Shown here: piece after piece, positions 49,601-58,039 of the stretch | How positions within the stretch are numbered: position 1 is the first letter of the stretch | Layout: every line of letters begins with the position of its first letter | IMG/VR virus record: IMGVR_UViG_3300032038_000019 | Direction: 5' to 3' (one strand) | Origin: an uncultured virus (IMG/VR IMGVR_UViG_3300032038_000019) | Taxonomy: Duplodnaviria > Heunggongvirae > Uroviricota > Caudoviricetes | Length of the DNA: 62,882 nt | Position numbers and translations under genes: made by a program | The notes under the pieces: generated by a model | Told to the model about the DNA's origin: nothing | The model's database searches: none | Seen by the model: only the letters and a program-made list of their open reading frames with translations

Positions 49601-49945
49601 TTGGTCTTTAGTTAATTGAATATTACGTCCTGTAGCTTGTGAATAGTCTTCTTGATATTTTGCGATTTGTTCAGCAGTAACACCATACTCACGCCCAAAT
49701 TCTTTAATTTGCTGCATGAGTTGTCGGTCCATTTTCATGGCTTCTTGCCTACTTAAGGCCATGGTACGAGCAGTCTTGAACGCCACATCTTGCAAATCCA
49801 TCCATTTGTTAGTTTGGTTAGCAATATTACTTGTAACGCCCCCTATAGCTTTACCTAATTGTGATGCCATTTTAGCACCTTTACCTGCCATTTTAAGCCC
49901 TTGAGCAAATTTACCAATCAATCCAATTATAGCTGGTGCTGCCAT
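46604..49945 (-). CDS. Tail tape measure protein
   Basis: 1113 aa, helical A/G/K/Q-rich, Gly-zipper GSAVGSTAGMVIGGALGTALGPIG; between the tail-assembly pair and baseplate genes. Confidence 0.75.
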   Translation of the reverse strand: MAAPAIIGLIGKFAQGLKMAGKGAKMASQLGKAIGGVTSNIANQTNKWMDLQDVAFKTARTMALSRQEAMKMDRQLMQQIKEFGREYGVTAEQIAKYQEDYSQATGRNIQLTKDQIEQTIALGNITDEATASSIIDQFDTLGTGVEDALAYTGQLQERAKYLGLNAIKASKTFADNIELASSYSFKNGIDDIEKMVLKSQSLKMNMQAVMTASDKFSSIEGAIKTSANIQMLGGSFAQQFSNPMGALYESMADPAAFQERLIKTVEGKGTYDSKTGQVTFDPVTMMQMKEMANQLGIDVKELTRGASAKAQNNAINQELRGNWSKDQQTAIQDLARTNFDEKTGKHFVKLLDAFGNEEKVNVEDLTEEQLKQAQDSALTQDNMWKDVHAIKETIVGSSMGRSRQNRSAKENLSGFEESKKGLFAQFENFFMPTISGLLNGGNGVFGETVAKPSIPFGMNPVYSGDINGPDMGVNHFAEGGVVEPVHAAEGMIVPGDSYIGDKVPAMLNSNEMVINEQQQSGLFNLLSMLGKVGIRAFIGNKIGQKLGVGNLGYQGMAMSALSGDDMTSSMMQLAMFKKMGLSGNLFGSIAGPTVFQEKVEKSTDKNNISSFWDYFGIDAKKDKNGRWRNSKGRFTKSPFKQLMPETSKELAKFNKSINATSLKFKGLVEKTSKLNSSFSKVWKFGEKISTAILHFGKNLGMKAKDKLNVVLKNKVVGKISKPFVSAANFGKKTGNGVSKFGKALYNDTGRLVNRYKALQRLTRIKSAGNVNKITGKIGSIAKAPKFLKPIGKLLGSSGGKLAGGLSKKIPIVGSLIAAGMAVGDIMNASSNFDAKKADIVNSNMSEKEKKAAINEATDEKHGEQGKAVGSAVGSTAGMVIGGALGTALGPIGSALGAAAGGFIGDKIGGAIGSLAKPLSKMARGFGDFLFGSDDEKTASFTDEELADPQLAEKAYSSTIKIYELMLKQNGGGVIGKAGEAITSVATAPLQMASSILGGIGKEISGLFGTPQTPKVESLPVVGQKQTINENNTTINATPINVGPQDINLNVSGTIKLDLGGRQADFDTNKLFNSPEFKAQLAEIISRKLNDMGNGGKYNKETSVRNTQKMYNKI

Positions 49946-50014
49946 ATATTCTTTTTATAATTTTTTACGTGTTATTATTATCTATAAATAGCGCATTTTA
50001 TACAAATTAAAAAC

Positions 50015-50048
50015 AAAAATGGGAACTATTTAAATAGTTCCCATTTTT
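50015..50048. terminator. Perfect 34-bp palindrome, likely terminator
   Basis: aaaaatgggaactattt|aaatagttcccattttt directly after the 50048 stop. Confidence 0.65.
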
Positions 50049-50310
50049 TATCGTTTACTTGCATTTTTTAAATTTTCCTGTTCCATATCAGTGTATTTAT
50101 CTATTACATCTGTAGATTTGCCACCACTTTCACGCTTTTTATAGCGTTCGTTTTCTTCTTCAACTTCACAATTATGCTTATGGATATAATATTTTCTATC
50201 CCTTGTAGGCATAGTCTTCAATTCATTAAATCTCATATGCATATGCTTAAAGCACCCCCAAAGTTCATCAAGAAGATTTTGCGCATAATTAGGCGATATT
50301 GAGGAAAACA
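50048..50310 (-). CDS. gp51-like / tail assembly chaperone C-terminal module; start uncertain, possibly reached by +1 frameshift
   Basis: ISPNYAQNLLDELWGCFKHMHMRFNELKTMPTRDRKYY in the +1 frame overlapping the end of 50289..51557; first Met after the overlap is at 50240. Confidence 0.55.
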
Positions 50311-51557
50311 GTATCTGTCCACTCAAGAAAGGTTTTAAATGAGCCACCTCCCATTGACTCAGGACGTTCAATTTCAACTTCAAAATCAAGACCAGGTTCA
50401 TTCTCAATAATATACCTTCTTAAATGCAAAGAATCATTTGCAGGCATTGTGTTAATTAATTGTCTAACTTTTTTTCTATCAGTTTCACCATCAATAGAGA
50501 CAACTTGCATTTCCAATCTATTTGTTATAGTTTTATTAAATTGTACTTTACGTTTTGCTTCAATTTTTTTAGCCCAATCTTCAATTTTCCTATTGTTTTC
50601 AAAAATTGCTTGTTTTTGCTTAATATCAAGCACATCATCTATTTTAAGCGCATTGCCAATCATTTCTTCAGCAGCTTTAAGGTTCATGGCAACAATGGAC
50701 TTGTTTTCAAGGTCGTTCAAAGTTTTTAAATCTTTTTCTTCCTTCCTTGTGAGATATTTGAATTTAACTACTTTTTTAGTAATTGGCAACGTATAGTCAA
50801 AATATCCATTTTCGTCTCCTTTAAGCTTAAATTCTTTTGTTTTAATTTTGCTTAAATCTACGCTTGTTTCAATTTCTTTACCTGTTTTAGGGTCAGTAAC
50901 AGAAATAGGGAAATCAACCCCATAACTTGTTGCTCGTAAAAATAAGATGATAGCATCAACATCACCGCTTACTAATGAATCAATATCAATTGATTCATCT
51001 TTCACTTTATTTTTCAAAAGCAGGTCAATTACCAATCCATCACGATATAAGTTAGGTGATGTAATTAAATTTTCATCATACGCAGTAAGATATGATACAG
51101 GTATCCTTGAATTTTTTGATTTATAGCATTCACCATTACTTGGTAGCGGTATAATATCATAAGCTTCAGCACCATCACCATAATTTATATCAGGTAAAGT
51201 TTGTTTTGCATCTTCCTTGACAACTTCCTCAATAACTGTTGCCGTAGGTTCTTCAAAGCCCCTATTACTCTCCACTTTAACACTTTTTTCTTTTTGCGCA
51301 TGTTCCTCAAGAATTGCGAATATGTCATCATTGTCATCATTACTATTAGTAGTTTCTAAATTTTCATCTACATTATTGCCATCAAGTAGCATTTTGATTT
51401 GGCTCATACCATCTTTTTGAGCTTCTTCAGTTCTTCGCATGGCTTCTTTAGTACCACGTAGTTTAATTTCTTCTTTAGTACGTTCATACATTTCATTTTG
51501 AGCTTGTAACAATTTCAAATTTTTTTCGTCTTCTTCAGACATTTTACGTCTTGGCAT
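50289..51557 (-). CDS. Baseplate hub assembly / tail assembly chaperone (T4 gp26-like)
   Basis: YDIIPLPSNGECY...SYLTAYDENLITSPNL...LVSGDVDAIILFLRATSYG...LPITKKVVKFKYLT; upstream of tape measure. Confidence 0.7.
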   Translation of the reverse strand: MPRRKMSEEDEKNLKLLQAQNEMYERTKEEIKLRGTKEAMRRTEEAQKDGMSQIKMLLDGNNVDENLETTNSNDDNDDIFAILEEHAQKEKSVKVESNRGFEEPTATVIEEVVKEDAKQTLPDINYGDGAEAYDIIPLPSNGECYKSKNSRIPVSYLTAYDENLITSPNLYRDGLVIDLLLKNKVKDESIDIDSLVSGDVDAIILFLRATSYGVDFPISVTDPKTGKEIETSVDLSKIKTKEFKLKGDENGYFDYTLPITKKVVKFKYLTRKEEKDLKTLNDLENKSIVAMNLKAAEEMIGNALKIDDVLDIKQKQAIFENNRKIEDWAKKIEAKRKVQFNKTITNRLEMQVVSIDGETDRKKVRQLINTMPANDSLHLRRYIIENEPGLDFEVEIERPESMGGGSFKTFLEWTDTVFLNIA

Positions 51558-51563
51558 AACTTA

Positions 51564-52196
51564 TTATTGTATTTTATCAATCAAATTAATTTCTTCTGCT
51601 AATATTATATAAATATTCATATTTTGTTTTTCCATTATTTTGCAATTAACAAGAATTGCAAATTTTTCTTCATTAGCATTATTAGTGAATTTTAGCTTAA
51701 TATTTCTTTTTGGTTCATTATCAAAAACCCAATCTTCACCCTTTATTTTGGTATAATTTTGAATTTTTTTATGCTCAATGTCCCACAAATTTATTTCTTG
51801 TTCGAAATCTTCATCAGATGTGTCTAAATCTAACTTTAATATATATAGCTGAACATCTTTTGATACGTAATCAGCGATGAAATCATCAACACTTCTATCA
51901 TTCCCATCTTCGCCATATAGTACTGCATCGCATTCAGCATAAGACACTTTATCTTCGCTTACAGACGTTTTATTGGCAAACCTATAAGTCTGACCGTCAG
52001 AAGATTTATAACCACCTACAGAGCCACCATTCATATAATTATTCATACCTGCTTCAACCGCTCTGCTTGTTTGTTCTACACTTTTTTGCATTGCATTGAA
52101 ATATTCAGCATCATTTTTATAGAAATTTTCGTCTGTATCAAAATCACCATCATTATAATCATAAAATGGCATGTATAATTTAACTTTCATAAACAA
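51564..52196 (-). CDS. Hypothetical protein
   Basis: ~208-210-aa ORF in the tail operon. Confidence 0.7.
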   Translation of the reverse strand: MFMKVKLYMPFYDYNDGDFDTDENFYKNDAEYFNAMQKSVEQTSRAVEAGMNNYMNGGSVGGYKSSDGQTYRFANKTSVSEDKVSYAECDAVLYGEDGNDRSVDDFIADYVSKDVQLYILKLDLDTSDEDFEQEINLWDIEHKKIQNYTKIKGEDWVFDNEPKRNIKLKFTNNANEEKFAILVNCKIMEKQNMNIYIILAEEINLIDKIQ

Positions 52197-52291
52197 TTTT
52201 TATATTACTTTCTATTAATTCATTGCCAATTTCATCACCATAAATTAATATATTTATTATATCTTGTGAAGATAACTTATTCCAATCAATA

Positions 52292-53170
52292 TTACCAGTC
52301 TTTTCTGTTTGGGTTATATTTGTCTGCGCTTGCATCAATCAAGTATGTTCCTCCCATTGGGAATTTCCTACCACCAATTAGAATATAACCACATTCAACC
52401 GTAGCGTTGCTATTCATTCTAATCTCCGTTTCATTTGCCATTTCATATGAATTAATATAAATTGTCTCAAGCCAATTAATTGAATCTGGATGAACATAGC
52501 CACATATTTTAACTGTTGTAACCCCATTATTCAATATTGAATGGTTTGAGCAATAACTGGAAGCATTATTCTTTTTCCATGACCAACATTCACCAATTGA
52601 TTTAAACCCCAATTCATTCATTTCCTGATTGGTATCAATGTCTATATTTCGTTCAACATATATAAGGCCACGTTTATTATATTTGAATCTACCAACTATA
52701 TCAATTTCGAAGTGTCTCTTAAAGAATACAAATCCGTCCCTCTGTACCCCATCAGTACTCTTGCAAGCCCAATTATATGCTTCTTCCATATAAGGGCCGT
52801 ATGCATCAATTAAACGACCTTCATAGTTAGGTAACTTACCTTTCTGGCCAAATGACTTTATATAGTTGACAATATTGACAATTTTCTGTTCATAACAAGT
52901 GTTTAAACCGCCTACAGCTTCATTAATATTAAGTGGTTTATCAAACACTAATCGCTGCCTATTATTATCTGTGAAATATATGCCATAACCAAAATCCTGA
53001 GAGTGCTGACCAGTGTTTATTTTTTCATTGGAAAATTTATCAAAAAAGTAAGGGCTACCGTGACATAACTTAACTGAATCACTGTTTTCATTCAACACAC
53101 GATGCACGACAACCTTAACAATATTATGAATATCTTCCTCTGTGAGTTTGATTATTTTCTTTTTCATCAT
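52292..53170 (-). CDS. LTESDL-leader family protein with ADP-ribosyltransferase-like motifs
   Basis: Leader KKIIKLTEEDIHNIVKVVVHRVLNE; then CHGSPYFFDKF...GYGIYFTD (ART-PolyVal-like start); C-terminal YVER / CWSW / ETEI pattern like an R-S-E ART. Confidence 0.55.
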   Translation of the reverse strand: MMKKKIIKLTEEDIHNIVKVVVHRVLNENSDSVKLCHGSPYFFDKFSNEKINTGQHSQDFGYGIYFTDNNRQRLVFDKPLNINEAVGGLNTCYEQKIVNIVNYIKSFGQKGKLPNYEGRLIDAYGPYMEEAYNWACKSTDGVQRDGFVFFKRHFEIDIVGRFKYNKRGLIYVERNIDIDTNQEMNELGFKSIGECWSWKKNNASSYCSNHSILNNGVTTVKICGYVHPDSINWLETIYINSYEMANETEIRMNSNATVECGYILIGGRKFPMGGTYLIDASADKYNPNRKDW

Positions 53171-53712
53171 TTTTTTCCTTTATGCTCACTATCATTTTTT
53201 ATTTTGTTTTTATGACGTTTGTTCTTATTTTCCTTAATAGTATTAACTTCGTTTTGAATCTTTAGAACTTCTTTAAGTTGCCGCATGACTAATTCAGGTC
53301 TTTCATTAACATCCTTTTCCCATATTCTATATAAAGGTATACCATGCAGTAATGCCCATTTATTTTTATATTCGTCAACCCTTCTATTTTTTTTCTGCAT
53401 AGGGTTCATTTTAGTTTCATCAACTATTCTTGGGTCTGAATGATAATAAGAGCCATCAAATTCTAATAAAATATTATCATTTGGTAAATAAAAGTCATAA
53501 AATCTTCCTATTTCCTTTGCTTCAAATTGCCAAACATATTTAACACCTAATTTATCAAGAAAATCAGTTGCGAATTTTTGTTCTGCTTTACTTGTCCCAA
53601 ACTTAGGATGCTCACGTATTACTTTACCTTTAGCATCCCTTTGCATTTTTTTCTTCTTCTTGACTATTGTTTTATTGGCTATTTTCCTATTTTTTTTAAT
53701 TGCTTGTTTCAT
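53167..53712 (-). CDS. DUF559/Vsr-like PD-(D/E)xK endonuclease
   Basis: SKAEQKF...FYDFYLPNDNILLEFDGSYYH...KNKWALLHGIPLYRIWE. Confidence 0.8.
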   Translation of the reverse strand: MKQAIKKNRKIANKTIVKKKKKMQRDAKGKVIREHPKFGTSKAEQKFATDFLDKLGVKYVWQFEAKEIGRFYDFYLPNDNILLEFDGSYYHSDPRIVDETKMNPMQKKNRRVDEYKNKWALLHGIPLYRIWEKDVNERPELVMRQLKEVLKIQNEVNTIKENKNKRHKNKIKNDSEHKGKK

Positions 53713-53782
53713 AAAGATAAATATCCAAAAGATATGTTTTCATAATGATTTGGCATCATATATCGACATTGTTATTATATTT

Positions 53783-54565
53783 TTACTTTGTTTTCGTTTT
53801 GCGAACTAAGTCATTATCTTCCATTTCGGTTGCAAATTTATTTATTCTATGCACATCAATTGGGCTAATTTCACCATTTCTTGTTGATGATTCTTTATGG
53901 AAACATATAGCATCATAGCAAGTCACATTTCTTCTATTCAATTTAGTCATTTGAAGGTTGTATTCAACATCTTCAAAACAGCATTTATACGATTCATTTA
54001 ACCCACCAATATTAATCCAATCATTATAAGATGTTAGCATAAACGCCCCAGTATTCCCTGCAGTTTCATGCTCACCCTTAAATATACCTTTTAAAAAATT
54101 ACACTTTAAAAAAAAGTGGGTGAACATATGATTCTTTTTCTTTAAATGCATTATCCCTCCATGCTGTATTTTAAAGTTAGGGTATAAAAGTAATGCACCT
54201 ACTGTTCCAACATTTTCAGTGCTATTAAAAGTATCAATAACTTTATGTATTGCATTGTTAATAAGTTGCACATCATTATTGACCAACAATATCAAATCAG
54301 TATCTTTTTCAACATAATTTGCTACAACATCGTTATTTATTTTAGCAAAATTATAAAAATTATATTCAATATACTTTACGTCCATTTTAGCTTTACTGAC
54401 ATATGCTTTCATTACATATTTTTCTATATCAGATGAACCAGTATCTGCGATGTATATTTTAATAAAATCTTTATTATAGTCATCGTTAGCATATATAGAG
54501 TCTATCATAGCCATAGTTAAATCACTATGGTTTTTCATCAATGTTATTATTGCTAATTTCTGCAT
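53783..54565 (-). CDS. Glycosyltransferase family 2
   Basis: IADTGSSD, YNFAKINN, LLVNNDV, VGALLLYP...IQHGG, TGAFML, GGLNE...EDVEY, HKESSTR; start taken at ATG 54565. Confidence 0.9.
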   Translation of the reverse strand: MQKLAIITLMKNHSDLTMAMIDSIYANDDYNKDFIKIYIADTGSSDIEKYVMKAYVSKAKMDVKYIEYNFYNFAKINNDVVANYVEKDTDLILLVNNDVQLINNAIHKVIDTFNSTENVGTVGALLLYPNFKIQHGGIMHLKKKNHMFTHFFLKCNFLKGIFKGEHETAGNTGAFMLTSYNDWINIGGLNESYKCCFEDVEYNLQMTKLNRRNVTCYDAICFHKESSTRNGEISPIDVHRINKFATEMEDNDLVRKTKTK

Positions 54566-54580
54566 TTTTTTATAAAAAAT

Positions 54581-54613
54581 AAAAAAATCAAGCATTATTT
54601 CAATGCTTGATTT
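54581..54613 (-). terminator. Intrinsic terminator after the tail fibre gene
   Basis: aaatcaagcatt...aatgcttgattt with U-tract. Confidence 0.7.
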
Positions 54614-54621
54614 AATTTTAT

Positions 54622-57600
54622 TTATTCTGTATAGTATATTATATCTCCAGTAAAAGTAGCTTGCTTGTCTGAATAAAGTGTATTATTATCGTCTATACGT
54701 TCATTATAATTCCCATCAACAAATTCTTGATACACTCTTGATAAGTTATGGAATTTATAATAAGTTTCTACTATTTCCGTACCATTGTTATATAAAATGT
54801 CTTTATATGTAAAACATATTATAGGGTCGTATAAATGCCCAATACTATCAGAAGCAATGTTCAATATGCTTTCTGTATTATTTTTATATTCAATAGGGAA
54901 TTTTTCAGACGTAAATGTATATTTAGCCCCAACGTTTGTTACCCCATTTTTCCCTGATATATCAAGATAGAATGTTGTCGGTGATGTATTCATTACAAAA
55001 AAGTCTTTACGGTAGAACCAATCGCCATTGTCAACACTATAATCCCCTTTATTAAATATTTTCCATAATTCATAATACGGACTATTTGCAGTATATTTTC
55101 CTTTTACACCATCTTCTGATTTTAATAAAGGTATGTAATAATCACCTTTTGTGCCTCCACCAAGTGAATTTTCAAAAACACTGTTTTCCAAATCACTAAT
55201 TGTATTCGCTATCACAAAAATATTTGACGTATTATTAATATATTCCCTCGTTTCATAATAGCTTTCTGTATTGGCAAATGACGAATCTTTATCATTTTCA
55301 ATACCCACCTTACATACATATTTACCGTTCATTAAATTAGCGTATGGGTCAGAATTAACAAATGAGTATTCACCATCAACATATTCACCTTTCACTTTTT
55401 TAGCATAATATTTTTTAGCATATTCATATTCACCTAAATTAGTACCAGTAGGTAATGATGCCAAACTTATTAAATGTTTATATTCAGCGTAAGCCAGCAT
55501 AAGTAAATTAGACCTGCTATCAAAATTACCGTTTTGGTACAATTTCCTCATAATTTTATGCTCGTCATCAGTAAAATGTTCTTCTTGATTTTCTCCACCA
55601 GGAACCCACATAATTCCACCAGGACCTAAATCATATAACAAATTACCATCATTATCATAAAATGAAAGGACCATCATATTTAAAGGATTTCCACTAACAT
55701 CCGTGTTTTTATAGCCAAATTGTATATTCGGTGTCGCAGCAGATGCTGCACGATATATACCAATTTCACCACCTTCCATCACAATTCTTGGACCATTATC
55801 ATTATATGGGTTAGTATTAACTGTGTCAGCAGTTAGTCCGCCATTTGTTATTTTTTCACCTAATTCAGTAAACTTAGCCGACATTACTTTTTGATTTTGT
55901 CCAATATTGCCGACAGTTACGTTGATACCACTTACTGTCTGTTCCATAGAAGACATATTACCACTTAAATTTTGTACGGTAGAAGATAATGCTGAACTTG
56001 TCTGTTTTACAGTAGATACGTCCCCACTTAAATTTTGAACAGTTGAAGATAAGCTTGATGCTGTCTGCTTTACAGTAGATACATCTCCGCTTAAATTTTG
56101 CACTATAGATGTCCACCCTGAAGCTGTTTGTTTAAATGTACTTAAATCACCAAATTCATTAATTAATGACTGCGTAACAGCAGATGATGTTTCAGTTCTT
56201 AAAAAATTAGAAGTATAAGAAGGATTAATAGTCTTTGTATCAAGTGCGAAATCTTGTGAAATCGTACCTTTATTTTTCAAAAAGATTGACACTATAATAC
56301 TTTTAACTTCTTCATCATCAGCTAAATTATGAACCCCTTCTTGGTATTTTTCATTTGTGTAAACAAATAAGTTATCAGAGTTTACTTTTATTTCTCTAAA
56401 GTTTGTGTTAATATTATCACAATAATACATTACAATACTTCCGTCAGTCACAGTAACAGGTACACCTTCGGCATCTACTTTAGCAGCATAACAATTAATG
56501 CTTACATGTATATTGTCGTCAGCTTTAATAATAGCTTTTAGCCCATTTGCATCTTTAGGTACAATAACATACTTATTCGAATCGTTTGGTGCATAAGGAG
56601 ACCACGTGTATTCTTTAGGGTCTGTAGATGTTGATGTTGGGTCATTCTCAGCTTTTATTTTATTGTAACCAGTACCTATATATTTTTTATATGTGCCGTC
56701 ATCATTCTTACTAGCATCACTTATATTAACACCATATCCTTCACTATCAAGTTCATTAGCATATTTAACCCATGTGTAATAAGTCGTACCAACCCCATCA
56801 GCACCCCTGAATCGTGACCATGAGTAATTTTCCCAGTTAGACCCTTCGGCAGCTGTTTCTTGATTAGGGCAAATTCCTATGTATTTAGTATCTTCTGTCG
56901 GTTGCTGGTATGCTGATGTTGGATATTTTTTACCAGAAGCATCTGTTTCGCTAAGTTCATCTGCATAAACTATCCAAGTATAAAGTGTTTTACCAGGTTC
57001 ACCAGGTACGCCATCATCACCTTTAATTAGCGACCACGTATAAGCAGACACATCATCACTTTCGTTCTCATCTGTATTATTATATGAAAAACCAATGTAA
57101 GGTAATACTTTACCATTGTAAACAGGGTCGTTGAAAGTCCTTGTACTTGTAGCACCGCTTTCTGAATAACGAATCCATGTGTAGTAAGTTGCTCCATCTT
57201 CAGGTGCAGCAGTTTCAGATATTTCAGTTTGTATCACGCTCCCATCGCCATATGTATATCTTGTGAAACTATATAGTGAATCTTCTTTACTACTTTTTAA
57301 AATATAAGTTTCACTCCATCCAAATTTTATTGGGTCATCTTTTTTATTAACTTCTGAAGGTTTACTTGAACTTAGTTTATAATAAGTTTTAACTGATTTT
57401 AAAACATTACCAATTTCTTGTTTTATTAACTCAGACGTTTGTTCTTGTGTTGAAAAATTAGTGCTATCAATAACCGATTGTGTTATTGATGAAGCAGTTT
57501 GCTTAACAACTGACATTGTATCATTAATTTTATCATCTACTGTAGATGTAATTGATGATGCTGTTTGTTCAATCATAGATGATAAGTCGCCAGATAAAGC

Positions 57601-57912
57601 ACTAACAGAACTTGTAATAGAACTTTCAGTTATTTGAATAATTGAATTCATGTCAATATCATTAGTTACATGTGATAATGTTAACTTACCATTACGTTCT
57701 GCAACTACTGCCATATAAGTAATTATTTCGTTGTTATCATCTAAATATCTTACAATAACAGGTTCGCCATCTTTTGCTCCTAAAGTGTCAAGATTATCAC
57801 TGATTTTATCAATAAGTTCAATTGCACTTTGTCTATTTGGTTGTATATTATTGTTTTGGATATTGTTTCTCAGAAATTGAACTACCTGTTGTTTTTTTAT
57901 TTCGTCAGACAT
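54622..57912 (-). CDS. Tail fibre / receptor-binding protein
   Basis: 3x YTW(I/V)xY...YIG...Y(T/S)WS modules, two joined by collagen-like G-x-y linkers; 21-aa S/T-rich coiled repeats (SSTVQNLSGDVSTVKQTAS); divergent C-terminus; TATTTAT motif upstream. Confidence 0.75.
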   Translation of the reverse strand: MSDEIKKQQVVQFLRNNIQNNNIQPNRQSAIELIDKISDNLDTLGAKDGEPVIVRYLDDNNEIITYMAVVAERNGKLTLSHVTNDIDMNSIIQITESSITSSVSALSGDLSSMIEQTASSITSTVDDKINDTMSVVKQTASSITQSVIDSTNFSTQEQTSELIKQEIGNVLKSVKTYYKLSSSKPSEVNKKDDPIKFGWSETYILKSSKEDSLYSFTRYTYGDGSVIQTEISETAAPEDGATYYTWIRYSESGATSTRTFNDPVYNGKVLPYIGFSYNNTDENESDDVSAYTWSLIKGDDGVPGEPGKTLYTWIVYADELSETDASGKKYPTSAYQQPTEDTKYIGICPNQETAAEGSNWENYSWSRFRGADGVGTTYYTWVKYANELDSEGYGVNISDASKNDDGTYKKYIGTGYNKIKAENDPTSTSTDPKEYTWSPYAPNDSNKYVIVPKDANGLKAIIKADDNIHVSINCYAAKVDAEGVPVTVTDGSIVMYYCDNINTNFREIKVNSDNLFVYTNEKYQEGVHNLADDEEVKSIIVSIFLKNKGTISQDFALDTKTINPSYTSNFLRTETSSAVTQSLINEFGDLSTFKQTASGWTSIVQNLSGDVSTVKQTASSLSSTVQNLSGDVSTVKQTSSALSSTVQNLSGNMSSMEQTVSGINVTVGNIGQNQKVMSAKFTELGEKITNGGLTADTVNTNPYNDNGPRIVMEGGEIGIYRAASAATPNIQFGYKNTDVSGNPLNMMVLSFYDNDGNLLYDLGPGGIMWVPGGENQEEHFTDDEHKIMRKLYQNGNFDSRSNLLMLAYAEYKHLISLASLPTGTNLGEYEYAKKYYAKKVKGEYVDGEYSFVNSDPYANLMNGKYVCKVGIENDKDSSFANTESYYETREYINNTSNIFVIANTISDLENSVFENSLGGGTKGDYYIPLLKSEDGVKGKYTANSPYYELWKIFNKGDYSVDNGDWFYRKDFFVMNTSPTTFYLDISGKNGVTNVGAKYTFTSEKFPIEYKNNTESILNIASDSIGHLYDPIICFTYKDILYNNGTEIVETYYKFHNLSRVYQEFVDGNYNERIDDNNTLYSDKQATFTGDIIYYTE
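55945..56150. repeat. 63-bp (21-aa) tandem repeats in the tail fibre
   Basis: Three to four copies of (S/T)S(T/I)VQNLSG(D/N)(V/M)S(T/S)(V/M)(K/E)QT; coordinates approximate. Confidence 0.8.
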
Positions 57913-57943
57913 ATTAATTTTTTAACTATAAATATTAAATAGC

Positions 57944-57975
57944 AAAAAAAGGTAAGAGAAAAACTCTTACCTTTT
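57944..57975 (-). terminator. Intrinsic terminator
   Basis: aaaaggtaagag...ctcttacctttt. Confidence 0.7.
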
Positions 57976-58039
57976 ATTACATTTGCTATTTTAAAACTAA
58001 TAACATCGAAATTGGTCTTGTTCAGTAAGCCTAATTAAT

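Noticed and set aside
54622..57912. Diversity-generating retroelement acting on the tail fibre
   Set aside because: No reverse transcriptase and no template/variable repeat pair seen in this window
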